Assembly: GCA_964482235.1 (NCBI GenBank)
Contig: CAYZWU010000030.1
Location: 2,857-66,856 of the forward strand
DNA length: 64,000 nucleotides
Reading direction: 5' to 3'
From: an uncultured Phycisphaerales bacterium
GTDB lineage: Bacteria > Planctomycetota > B15-G4 > CAYZWU01
Positions 9,787 to 18,832 of the stretch are shown here, piece by piece. The translations under genes were made by a program, and so were the position numbers. The notes under the pieces are model-generated. The model was not told the origin of the DNA. It saw nothing but the letters and a program-made list of their open reading frames with translations, and did not search any database. Positions within the stretch are counted from its first letter, which is position 1. Each line of letters begins with the position of its first letter.

Positions 9787-11298
9787 ATGGTGTTCAAGAA
9801 AGTGCTGATCGCGAACAGAGGTGAGATCGCTCTCCGCGTCATCCGGTCGTGTCGCGAGATGGGCATCGAGTCGGTGGCCGTCTACTCCGAGGCGGACAGG
9901 GACAGCCTGCACGTCCGCTGGGCCGACGAGGCGTGGTGCATCGGTCCTCCTCCTTCGTCCGAATCGTATCTTTGCGCGGACAAGATCCTCGACGTGGCCA
10001 GGCGCTCCGGCGCCGAGGCGATCCATCCCGGCTACGGCTTCCTGGCCGAGAACGCCGGGTTTGCCGACGCCTGCGAGGAAGCCGGCTTCGTCTTCGTCGG
10101 CCCTCCCGGCAACGTCATCCGCGCTATGGGGGACAAGATCGAGGCGAGGCGGCTGATGAGCGGGGCCGACGTCCCGGTCATGCCCGGCACGGAAGGGGAG
10201 ATCGCCACGATCGACGAGCTTAAGGCCACGGCGGAGTCCGTCGGCTTCCCGATGATGATCAAGGCGTCGGGCGGCGGCGGCGGAAAGGGGATCCGCATCG
10301 TCCACGAGGCCTCGGAGATGGAGAAGGCCTTCGACATGGCCCGGTCCGAGGCGGGCAAGGCCTTCGGCAATCCGACGGTCTACGTGGAGCGCTACCTGAA
10401 GAACCCCCGGCACATCGAGTTCCAGGTCATGGCGGACAACCATGGCAACGTGATCCACCTCTTCGAGAGGGAGTGCTCGATCCAGCGCCGCCACCAGAAG
10501 ATCATCGAGGAGACACCGTCGCCCCTGGTGGATGAGAAGATGCGCCGGCAGATGGGTGATGTGGCGATCCGGGCCTGCACCTCGATCGGCTACCGCAATG
10601 CCGGGACGGTGGAGTTCCTGGTGGACGAGAATCGGAAATTCTATTTTCTCGAGATGAACACGCGCCTCCAGGTGGAGCATCCGATCACCGAGCAGGTGAC
10701 GGGGATCGACCTCGTACGCCTCCAGCTCGATATCGCCTCGGGCGTGCCGCTCTCGATCCGGCAGAGCGATCTGAAGCAGCGCGGCCACTCGATCGAGGCC
10801 CGGATCTGCGCCGAGGATGTGGCTTCGGGTTTCCTTCCCTCCATCGGCCGCGTCACCAGCCTCGACATCCCCGGCGGATCGGGTGTCCGTCTCGACTCCG
10901 CGCTGTTCAAGGGCATGGACATCCCTGTCTACTACGATCCCATGCTGGCCAAGCTGGTGGTTCGCGGCGCGACGCGCGACAGGGCGATCGACAGGCTCAA
11001 GCGCTGCCTCGGCGAGCTTCACATCATCGGCGTCAGCACCAACGTCTCCTTCCTCCTGGCAATCCTGGAGACCAACGCTTTCCAGTCCGGTGCGTATCAT
11101 ACGGGATACGTGGAGGAGAGCCTGGACGGGATCTTGAAGAAAACGGGTCCGGAGAAGAGCGAGAACATCGCCCTGGCCGCGGCGATTCTCTCCCACACCC
11201 AGAGAAAGCACAGGTCGCGGCAGCTCCAGGGGCGTAGCCAATCCGGCCTCTCGCCCTGGACGGCTGCCTTCAGGCCGGGGGAGCCGAGTCGATCATGA
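9787..11298 (+). CDS. accC: biotin carboxylase (acetyl/propionyl-CoA carboxylase biotin carboxylase subunit), not fused to BCCP
   Basis: KVLIANRGEIALRVIR, ATP-grasp motifs MIKASGGGGGKGIRIV, EMNTRLQVEHPITE. Ends before any biotinyl domain. Confidence 0.85.
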   Translation: MVFKKVLIANRGEIALRVIRSCREMGIESVAVYSEADRDSLHVRWADEAWCIGPPPSSESYLCADKILDVARRSGAEAIHPGYGFLAENAGFADACEEAGFVFVGPPGNVIRAMGDKIEARRLMSGADVPVMPGTEGEIATIDELKATAESVGFPMMIKASGGGGGKGIRIVHEASEMEKAFDMARSEAGKAFGNPTVYVERYLKNPRHIEFQVMADNHGNVIHLFERECSIQRRHQKIIEETPSPLVDEKMRRQMGDVAIRACTSIGYRNAGTVEFLVDENRKFYFLEMNTRLQVEHPITEQVTGIDLVRLQLDIASGVPLSIRQSDLKQRGHSIEARICAEDVASGFLPSIGRVTSLDIPGGSGVRLDSALFKGMDIPVYYDPMLAKLVVRGATRDRAIDRLKRCLGELHIIGVSTNVSFLLAILETNAFQSGAYHTGYVEESLDGILKKTGPEKSENIALAAAILSHTQRKHRSRQLQGRSQSGLSPWTAAFRPGEPSRS

Positions 11299-11795
11299 AG
11301 TACTACGTCACGATGAACGACCGGGAGACCGAAGTCGATATCCGCGAAGAGAAGGGAGAGGTCCTGGGCACGCTGGATGGAAAGACATACCGTCTGCACT
11401 GTTCGGTGGTGGAGCCCGGTTCCAAGTACTCCGTCCTGATCGGCCACGAATCGCTCAACGTGACGGTCAATCCGCTGGCTTCCGAGCTGGCCATGGTCAT
11501 TTCAGGCCACCTCTACAGCACGCGGGTGCTGGACGAGCGGGAGCGAGGGGCCCTGGCCCTGGAAAAGACGTGCGAGCAGAAGGGCGGCGTGGAGAAGAGC
11601 GTGATGCCCGGCATCGTGCGCAAGATCTTCGTGGCCGAGGGCGACGAGGTGGAGGCCGGATCGCCGCTCCTCATCCTCGAGGCGATGAAGATGGAGAACG
11701 AGATCGTTGCCAGCGGCGTGGGTATTGTGTCGAAAGTGCATATCAAGCAAGGAGATGCGGTCAACTCGAACGACCCGCTCGTGACGATAGGGTAG
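11295..11795 (+). CDS. biotin carboxyl carrier protein (biotinyl domain protein)
   Basis: C-terminal EAMKMENEI biotinylation motif (AMKM lysine). Start overlaps the accC stop (ATGA), so translationally coupled. Confidence 0.8.
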   Translation: MKYYVTMNDRETEVDIREEKGEVLGTLDGKTYRLHCSVVEPGSKYSVLIGHESLNVTVNPLASELAMVISGHLYSTRVLDERERGALALEKTCEQKGGVEKSVMPGIVRKIFVAEGDEVEAGSPLLILEAMKMENEIVASGVGIVSKVHIKQGDAVNSNDPLVTIG

Positions 11796-11976
11796 GATCC
11801 GCTCCCAGGATTCCTTTTGATGATTTTGCTGAAATCATCGGAACCGGGGAGAAAGAGAACCGTCTAAGAGTTATTACGTTGTTGACGGATCGAATTATTT
11901 CAGCTAATCCGGCGTTTTCCCGATGAATTGCCGGACGAAAATAACTGCCGAATATACCATTTGAAAGGTTCTGCAA

Positions 11977-14025
11977 ATGTTCTGGTCACTAAAATCTGTC
12001 CTGTTTGTCCTGCTGGTCCTTTTCATTCCTGCAACCGCTCCATGCTTTGCAACGGAGTGCGTTCCCGAGGCTGCTTCCCTGGCTGTAGCCGATCAGCCGG
12101 GCACGAGCCAGGATACGGGCGATGATCCCGTGAAGAAGCCCCAGGAAGATCCGAAGAAGAAGGACGAGGAGACCAAGAAGGGCAAGCTGGAGCGCCTCAA
12201 GAAGGGCGACAAGAATTCCGGCGGAAAGAAGCCCAGGCTCGTCAAGCCGAAGACCTCGGATCCGGCGACGAGGAAGCAGCGCCAGGCGACGCGAGCCAAG
12301 CAGGAGCCGAAGGTCGTCGAGGATATCGTGGCTTTCCGGCAGGAGCCTGCCACCATGACGACCAAGCTGGAAGAGCGCTTCAAGCTCGATCTCTCGGACG
12401 TGAATTACGACGCTCCGATCATCGCGACGATCAACGGCGAGAAGATCACGCGGGAGATGTTCCGGATGAACGTGGTCGATTCGGTGGGGGCGCTGGAAGT
12501 CGACCGCTTCACCACGGCGTTGCTCACCGAGATCATCAAGGAGAAGCTGATCGCCGAGGGAGCCGACCCGAGCCTGTTCGACGTTCCCGACAAGATGGTC
12601 GAGGACGACATCCAGACCCAGGTCATGATGGCCAAGCAGCAGGACCGGACCGGGAAGTTCGACGAGGAGACGTGGAAGTCCCAGATCGCGTCCACCTTCG
12701 GCTGGGATCGATTCGTGGCCATGACGCGGTCCAATCTCGCTTTCGGCGTGGCCTACCTGCCGGAGATCGAGCCCGCTCCCGAGGAGACGCTCAAGGAAGA
12801 CGATCCCGTCTCCACCGGCGAGGCCTTCGCCAAGCCGGGCGAAGAGGTGGAAGTGCCCATCGATCCCTCCCTTCCCGTTGACAAGGATTTCCAGGGGAAG
12901 GAGGTCAACATCCACATGCCCCTCCATACCTGGAAGATGCTCGATCGCAGCGATCAGGACCGCAATCTGAGGGATATCATCAACAAGGCCTACAGGATGA
13001 AGAGCCCTCTCGGGGGCTTCATGCGGCCCCACTACATCAGGATGGTCCAGGAGGCGGTGGTCGCCAAGACCGAGATCATCTATCACACGTCCGGCAAGCT
13101 TCCCGAAGGCGTCTACATGAGCGTCGGCGGCAAGAACATTCTCCTCGACGAGATCTATTCGATCGTGACGGGCCGGTTCCGCCCCGAGGACCGGGAGCTC
13201 GTGCTCAAGGAGATGCTGGTCTACAAGGCCATGGACAGGGATCTGAAGGCGAAGGGCTACTACCCGACGGAGGAGGATTTCGAGGCCGCCTTCACGGAGC
13301 ACGAGAAGACCTACGAGGGCAGCCTTTTTCCTCTCCGGTTCATCATGCGGATCAACGGCTATCTCTCCAAGGAGAACTACAGGAAGATGTACCTCCGCCG
13401 GCACGGCTTCGAGAGCATGCTCAAGGGCGAGGGCAAGTTCACCGACGAGTGCCTCCAGGGCTTCTTCCAGAAGAGCGGCCGGCTCTTCTATCAGAACGGC
13501 GGCGTGAAGGTGCAGCTGATCTTCATCGGCGCCTTCGACCACAAGGAACGGAAGATGCGCGAGGACGGCTTCGCCTATGCGAAGAGTGAGATGGACAAGG
13601 CCCTGAAGGAGCTCGCGGAGCCCGGTGCCGATTTCCTCACCGTCGCCAAGAAGTACGAGAACCCGAAGGGGACCTACACGACCTGCGATTTCGATTACCT
13701 GAGCCGCAACGATCTCCGTTCCACCTTCGACGAGAAGACGAAGACGATCCTGAGCGAGGGATACAGCCTGGCGGACGACATCTTCTACAACAAGAAGGAT
13801 GGCGACATCGTCGGTCCTCTCATGGTGATGCGCGGCGATTTCGGTGTGCCCGTGTTCAAGGGCGCCTACCTTGCAAAGGTCGTGAGCTACCGGACGATGC
13901 AGGATCTCAGGCCCTTCGAGGACAGCCGTCCCATGGTGGAGATGGATTACGTGGATCTCGGATTCCTCCGCTGGTCGTCCAAGGTCCTGGCGGACTCCGA
14001 GATCGTCCTGTCCAGGAATTCGTGA
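11977..14025 (+). CDS. secreted hypothetical protein with Lys-rich low-complexity N-terminal region and weak SurA/PpiD-N-like and degenerate parvulin-like segments
   Basis: Signal peptide MFWSLKSVLFVLLVLFIPATAPCFA. K/E/D-rich 80-aa tract. INGEKITREMF resembles the SurA_N chaperone domain. GADFLTVAKKYE resembles a parvulin PPIase segment. Similarity judged by eye only. Confidence 0.4.
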   Translation: MFWSLKSVLFVLLVLFIPATAPCFATECVPEAASLAVADQPGTSQDTGDDPVKKPQEDPKKKDEETKKGKLERLKKGDKNSGGKKPRLVKPKTSDPATRKQRQATRAKQEPKVVEDIVAFRQEPATMTTKLEERFKLDLSDVNYDAPIIATINGEKITREMFRMNVVDSVGALEVDRFTTALLTEIIKEKLIAEGADPSLFDVPDKMVEDDIQTQVMMAKQQDRTGKFDEETWKSQIASTFGWDRFVAMTRSNLAFGVAYLPEIEPAPEETLKEDDPVSTGEAFAKPGEEVEVPIDPSLPVDKDFQGKEVNIHMPLHTWKMLDRSDQDRNLRDIINKAYRMKSPLGGFMRPHYIRMVQEAVVAKTEIIYHTSGKLPEGVYMSVGGKNILLDEIYSIVTGRFRPEDRELVLKEMLVYKAMDRDLKAKGYYPTEEDFEAAFTEHEKTYEGSLFPLRFIMRINGYLSKENYRKMYLRRHGFESMLKGEGKFTDECLQGFFQKSGRLFYQNGGVKVQLIFIGAFDHKERKMREDGFAYAKSEMDKALKELAEPGADFLTVAKKYENPKGTYTTCDFDYLSRNDLRSTFDEKTKTILSEGYSLADDIFYNKKDGDIVGPLMVMRGDFGVPVFKGAYLAKVVSYRTMQDLRPFEDSRPMVEMDYVDLGFLRWSSKVLADSEIVLSRNS

Positions 14026-14044
14026 CTCGGGACGGAAAACAGAC

Positions 14045-14812
14045 GTGACCGCTGAAACGGGCTTCTGGTATCTCTCCGATTCGGGAGCCCGCCATCCCCA
14101 CGACAACATGGCGCTCGACGAGGCGCTGCTCCATCTGCCTGCCGGGCATCCGGTGGTGCTCCGGTTCTACGACTGGAATCCTCCCGGCCTGTCCCTCGGC
14201 TACTTCCAGAAGCACGACGAACCGCCGGGACCCGACGCCGCGCGGTATGGCGCCGTGCTGACGCGTCGCAGCACGGGCGGCGGCGCGATCCTTCATGCAG
14301 GCGAGATCACCTTCTCCATCGCCGGCGACGAGGGGCGTGCACCGTTCAACGGCACGATCGAGAGCTCCTACCACCTGATCCACGACGCCATCGCCAAGGG
14401 CCTGCAAGAGCTCGGCATCACGGCCCGCCTGCGGGAGAGCCGCCGGATCGACCAGGGCAGCGAGCCCGAGGCCGGGCGGTGCTTCTACAAGGTGACGGGC
14501 TACGATCTCGTGGCAAGGGGCCGCAAGCTGGTCGGCTCGGCCCAGCGCCGAACGGGCGGCCGCGTGATCCACCACGGCACCATCCCCATCGACCCGAATC
14601 CCATGACCCCGGCCTCGGCATCGGTGCGCGAACTGGCAAAAGCTGATATTCCGCCGGAACGGAAGGCAATCCAGCAAGTGATCTGCGAGGGATTCGAAAA
14701 GGTCTTCAAGATCCGCCTGGAGAAGTGGCAACCGGGATTAGATGTCGAACAGGAAGCCGCCCGCCTGGCAGCGGAAAAATACGCCACCGACCCCTGGATT
14801 CGCCGTCGCTGA
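14045..14812 (+). CDS. lipoate-protein ligase / octanoyltransferase catalytic domain (LplA/LipM family, BPL_LplA_LipB fold)
   Basis: RRSTGGGAILHAGE (LplA RRxSGGGAVYHD-like) and KLVGSAQRR (catalytic Lys in KxxGxAQ). 255 aa, so no LplA C-terminal domain. Confidence 0.65.
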   Translation: MTAETGFWYLSDSGARHPHDNMALDEALLHLPAGHPVVLRFYDWNPPGLSLGYFQKHDEPPGPDAARYGAVLTRRSTGGGAILHAGEITFSIAGDEGRAPFNGTIESSYHLIHDAIAKGLQELGITARLRESRRIDQGSEPEAGRCFYKVTGYDLVARGRKLVGSAQRRTGGRVIHHGTIPIDPNPMTPASASVRELAKADIPPERKAIQQVICEGFEKVFKIRLEKWQPGLDVEQEAARLAAEKYATDPWIRRR

Positions 14813-15094
14813 TAACCTATCGGACTTTTGTCGTCCGGACGCCTACCCTGGCTCGAGGTGGTCGAAATTTTGCTCCCTCAGGCATTCTTTCCTGCGGAAA
14901 GAATGAAGTCGGTCGCAAGAATCCCGACCACCTCGATCCGTGCAAGCTCCCTGCGCGTCAACCGAGTCCGACAGGTTTTCTTCTTCTCAATAATTATTTT
15001 GGAAGGAACGGCGCACAACTCTCCCTCTGTCCCACTGCAAATGAGCAGACCAGTCTGCAAACAATCTTTGTCAGGCCCTGAAGGCGCACCCAAT

Positions 15095-15175
15095 CCGGTC
15101 TTGAGCGGTTCGTTCCCTGTCTTTAAAGGGCCGTCCCCGGCCCGTCCAGACAGGGAACGGACTGCTCAAGACCGG
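15095..15175. terminator. 27-bp-stem inverted repeat between convergent lplA-like and gcvPB genes (candidate bidirectional terminator or structured element)
   Basis: CCGGTCTTGAGCGGTTCGTTCCCTGTC ... GACAGGGAACGGACTGCTCAAGACCGG with a 27-nt loop. No flanking T-tract. Confidence 0.35.
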
Positions 15176-15200
15176 CCCGTAGGCCCCCTGTCGATCATCT

Positions 15201-16649
15201 TCAAGACAAAGCAGTAAGAGAGGGCTCCTTGACGGCGCGAACCTCGTCGGGACGCCCGATGGGGGTGTTGTGCGGCGATTCCTTCAACGTGTCGGGGTCC
15301 TCCTCCGCCTCCCGGGCAATGTCGAGCATGATCTCCACGAACCGATCGAGCGTGTCCACCGACTCGGTCTCGGTGGGCTCGATCATCAACGCCTCGGGAA
15401 CGATGAGGGGAAAGTAGACGGTGGGCGGGTGAACGCCCCTGTCGATCAGGCGCTTCGCCACGTCCATGGCGCGTACCCCGTTGGGAAGGCCCTTCGCCGT
15501 GGCGACGAACTCGTGCATGCAGGTGGTGTCGAAGGGGACGCGGTACGCTTCTCTCAGCTTCACGCGGAGATAGTTGGCGTTGAGCACGGCGTTCTCCGCC
15601 ACCTCCTTCAGGCCGTCACGGCCAATGGCGAGAATGTAGAAGAAGGCCCGCACGATCACGCCGGAGTTGCCGAAGAAGGATCGCGTCCTGCCGATCGTCA
15701 GGGGGAAGTCGCGGGAGAGGCGGAGCTCGCTGTCCTGACCGACGACGCGCGGCACGGGCAGGAAAGGATCGAGGTGCGCGGCCACTCCGATGGGACCCGA
15801 GCCGGGCCCCCCGCAGCCGTGGGGCGTGGAAAAGGTCTTGTGCAGGTTGAAGTGCATCACGTCCACGCCGAAGTCGCCGGGCCGCGTGTACCCCATGATC
15901 GCGTTGAGGTTCGCCCCGTCCATGTAGACCTGCCCGCCCGCCTCGTGCACGACGTCGCAGATCTCGACCACGTCCTTCTCGAACAGGCCGAGCGTGTTGG
16001 GGTTGGTGATCATGATGGCGGCCGTGTCGTCGCCCACCTTCTTCTTCAGGCTCTCGAGGTCGACGAGGCCCGTCTCCTTCGACGACTTGATCTCCTTCGT
16101 CCTGAAGCCGGCCAGGGTGCAGGAGGCGGGATTGGTCCCGTGGGCCGAATCGGGGATCAGCACGGTCCGCCGGTCCTTCTGCCCGGCCGCGTCGAGATAG
16201 GCCCGGATCACGAGCAGGGCGGTCATCTCGCCGTGGGCGCCGGCCGCCGGGTGGAGCGAGATGCCGGGAAGCCCGGAGATCTCGGCCAGGTACTGCTCGG
16301 TCAGGCGGAAGAGCTCGAGGATCCCCTGGACCGACTCGTCCTCCTGCTCGGGATGAAGGTCGGCGAATCCGGGCAGCGCGCAGGCCGCCTCGTTGAACAC
16401 GGGGTTGTACTTCATGGTGCACGATCCGAGCGGATAGAAGGCGCTCGTCACCGCCGTGTTCCTCTTGGCCAGGTGGGTGAAGTGGCGCACCAGATCGAGC
16501 TCGCCCACCTCGGGCAGGGAGGCATCCTCGTTCCGGATCAGCTTCTCCGGGATCAGGGATTCGATGGGGGGAAGATCTTCTTCACCCGGAAACCGGACGA
16601 TGCGCCGGCCGGGATGGTCCTTCTCGAAGATCAGTCTATCGTCGAACAT
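15201..16649 (-). CDS. gcvPB: glycine dehydrogenase (decarboxylating) subunit 2
   Basis: PLP motif NLHKTFSTPHGGGGPG, and LGSCTMKYNP. 482 aa. Confidence 0.9.
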   Translation of the reverse strand: MFDDRLIFEKDHPGRRIVRFPGEEDLPPIESLIPEKLIRNEDASLPEVGELDLVRHFTHLAKRNTAVTSAFYPLGSCTMKYNPVFNEAACALPGFADLHPEQEDESVQGILELFRLTEQYLAEISGLPGISLHPAAGAHGEMTALLVIRAYLDAAGQKDRRTVLIPDSAHGTNPASCTLAGFRTKEIKSSKETGLVDLESLKKKVGDDTAAIMITNPNTLGLFEKDVVEICDVVHEAGGQVYMDGANLNAIMGYTRPGDFGVDVMHFNLHKTFSTPHGCGGPGSGPIGVAAHLDPFLPVPRVVGQDSELRLSRDFPLTIGRTRSFFGNSGVIVRAFFYILAIGRDGLKEVAENAVLNANYLRVKLREAYRVPFDTTCMHEFVATAKGLPNGVRAMDVAKRLIDRGVHPPTVYFPLIVPEALMIEPTETESVDTLDRFVEIMLDIAREAEEDPDTLKESPHNTPIGRPDEVRAVKEPSLTALS

Positions 16650-17989
16650 CAGGAGATTCCTTTCAGGCAGTCGACCAGCCGGTCCACGTCAACCCGGGTC
16701 GTCATTTCCGTCACGGCCAGGATCATCAGATCGCTGCAGCCGTCGTATTCCTTCTCCGCCTCGAAGCCGCCCACGATGCCGGCATCGAGGAGCTTCCTGT
16801 TCACCTCACCGGCCGGAACGGGGCAGCGGATCGTGAACTCCTTGAAGAACGGCGCTGCGAAGGCGAGCTCGAATCCCTTCACCTCGCAGATCCGGCGCGC
16901 CGCCTCGTGCGCCGCGGCGGCGCAGGTCCGTCCGAGGTTCCTGAACCCCTCCCGCCCCAGGGCGGCCAGGTAGACGGCGGCCCGGAGAGCGATCAGGGCG
17001 TGGTTGGTGCAGATATTCGAGGTGGCCCGGGCGCGGCGGATGTGCTGCTCCCTGGCCTGGAAGGTGAGCACGTAGGCGATGCGCCCCTTCTCGTCGACCG
17101 TCTTTCCCACGATCCGGCCGGGCATCTGGCGGATGTGCTTCTCCCGCGCCGCCAGGAATCCGAAGCCCGGTCCGCCGTAGGAAAGGGGGGTGCCCAGGCT
17201 CTGTCCCTCGCCCACGACAATGTCCGCGCCGAGCTTGCCGGGCGGCTCCAGGATAGACAGGGAGATCGGATCAACGCTGACCGCCGTGAGCACACCCTTC
17301 TCCGACGCCGCGCCGATCAGGCCGGCAGAATCCTCGATGCACCCGAAGAAGTTGGGGGATTGGAGAAGGAGGCAGGCCGTCTCGTCGTCCAGCGCATCGC
17401 GAAGGGACTTCTCGTCGACAACGCCGTTCTTTGCCGGCACCTCGGTGATGGAGATGTCGGTGTGCCGCAGATAGGTGGCCAGCACGGCCCGGCTCTGCGG
17501 GTGCAGCGTCGCGGCGGCGACGATCTTCTTCCTTCTCGTGAGGCCCACGGCCATCAGCGCCGCCTCGGTGAGCGCCGTGGCGCCGTCGTACATCGAGGCG
17601 TTGGAGATCTCCATCGCCGTGAGCATGCAGATCATGGTCTGGTACTCGAAGAACGCCTGGAGCGCACCCTGGCTGGCCTCGGGCTGGTAGGGGGTGTAGG
17701 CTGTCACGAACTCCGACCGCCCCGCCAGGTTGTCCACCAGGGCGGGGATGAAGTGGCGGTACGATCCGGCGCCGAGAAAGCTGGGCCGGCATGAAGCCGT
17801 GATGTTCCTGTGGGCCAGCTCGTACGCCCTGTTCTCGAGCTCCACCTCGGTCATCGAGCGGGGGATGTCGAACTCCCCCTTCCAGCGGATCGAATCGGGG
17901 ATGTCGGTGAAGAGATCGTTCACCGATTCGGCTCCCACCGCTTGAAGCATCCGGGCACGGTCGCTGTCCGTGTTCTGGATGTAAGACAT
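16649..17989 (-). CDS. gcvPA: glycine dehydrogenase (decarboxylating) subunit 1
   Basis: TAYTPYQPEASQGALQAFFEYQTMIC motif. 446 aa. Its stop overlaps the gcvPB start. Confidence 0.9.
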   Translation of the reverse strand: MSYIQNTDSDRARMLQAVGAESVNDLFTDIPDSIRWKGEFDIPRSMTEVELENRAYELAHRNITASCRPSFLGAGSYRHFIPALVDNLAGRSEFVTAYTPYQPEASQGALQAFFEYQTMICMLTAMEISNASMYDGATALTEAALMAVGLTRRKKIVAAATLHPQSRAVLATYLRHTDISITEVPAKNGVVDEKSLRDALDDETACLLLQSPNFFGCIEDSAGLIGAASEKGVLTAVSVDPISLSILEPPGKLGADIVVGEGQSLGTPLSYGGPGFGFLAAREKHIRQMPGRIVGKTVDEKGRIAYVLTFQAREQHIRRARATSNICTNHALIALRAAVYLAALGREGFRNLGRTCAAAAHEAARRICEVKGFELAFAAPFFKEFTIRCPVPAGEVNRKLLDAGIVGGFEAEKEYDGCSDLMILAVTEMTTRVDVDRLVDCLKGIS

Positions 17990-18182
17990 GGCAAGGCTTC
18001 CTTTGTAAAATGGATATCAAGAGCTGCGCCTCGAGACGGCGAGCTCGCATGGCGACGATGCCGGATGTCGCATCAGGATGTGGATCCGACGATCTTCTCT
18101 ATCAAGGCCCGCGGCATGAACGACTGTCCGCGAACAGGAGCCCGCGTCGGCAGAGTCCTCTATCGTTTCGTGCGGGTTCGGA

Positions 18183-18566
18183 TCAGTCCTCTTCTTCCTC
18201 GACCCGTTTCTGATACTCTGCCTCATCGAGGAGGCCCTCGTAATCGGTAAGATCCTTTACCTGGATCTTGACCATCCAGCCTTCACCGAAGCAGTCTTTC
18301 GAGATCAGCTCGAGGTTCTCGGCCACGCTCGTGTTGACCTCGACGACCTCGCCGGAAACCGGTGCGTTGAGCTCCGAAACGGCCTTGACCGATTCGACCT
18401 CGCCGAAGGGATCGTTCTGATCGACCTTGTCGCCCACTTCGGGGAGCTGGATGAAAACCAGGTCGGACAGATGCTTGACCGCGAACTCCGACAATCCCAC
18501 GGTGACGATATTGCCCTCCTGCAGGGCCCATTCGTGACTTTCCAGGTACTTTCTCTCCCCGGTCAT
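18183..18566 (-). CDS. gcvH: glycine cleavage system H protein (lipoyl carrier)
   Basis: Start MTGERKYLESHEWA with an AAAGGAG RBS 8 nt upstream (ORF-track start 18584 is TTG). Lipoyl-lysine motif EVESVKAVSEL. Confidence 0.85.
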   Translation of the reverse strand: MTGERKYLESHEWALQEGNIVTVGLSEFAVKHLSDLVFIQLPEVGDKVDQNDPFGEVESVKAVSELNAPVSGEVVEVNTSVAENLELISKDCFGEGWMVKIQVKDLTDYEGLLDEAEYQKRVEEEED

Positions 18567-18832
18567 GGATTTGACTCCTTTCAATGGATGGATTTTCTAC
18601 CGAATCGCCCGCGGGTTGAACGCCGGTCCCGACCGGGATGCCTGGCGGAACCGTCCGCGCTGTCCGGGTAATGCATCGAATCACGTTGGAAAAACACCTA
18701 GTGATGAAAACAAAAACCCGGGAAGCAAGCAAGATTCTGGAACTGTTTCTTGCCTGATTTCAGCGTGCGCCGAACGGCCCGGAGGGAGGGGGATCCCCCT
18801 CGAATAGGGGAGAATCCGGAGGTTCTTTCCGG

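Noticed and set aside
18585-18832. Possible glycine riboswitch in the 248-bp leader upstream of gcvH
   Set aside because: Read on the minus strand, the leader lacks the conserved GGAGAG ... ACCGAAGG(A/G)GCAA ... CUCUCAGGCAAAAGGAC elements. Only a weak TCAGGCAAGAAACAG fragment is present. The GC-rich hairpins next to the upstream gene stop are better explained as that gene's terminator. An Rfam covariance search would settle it.
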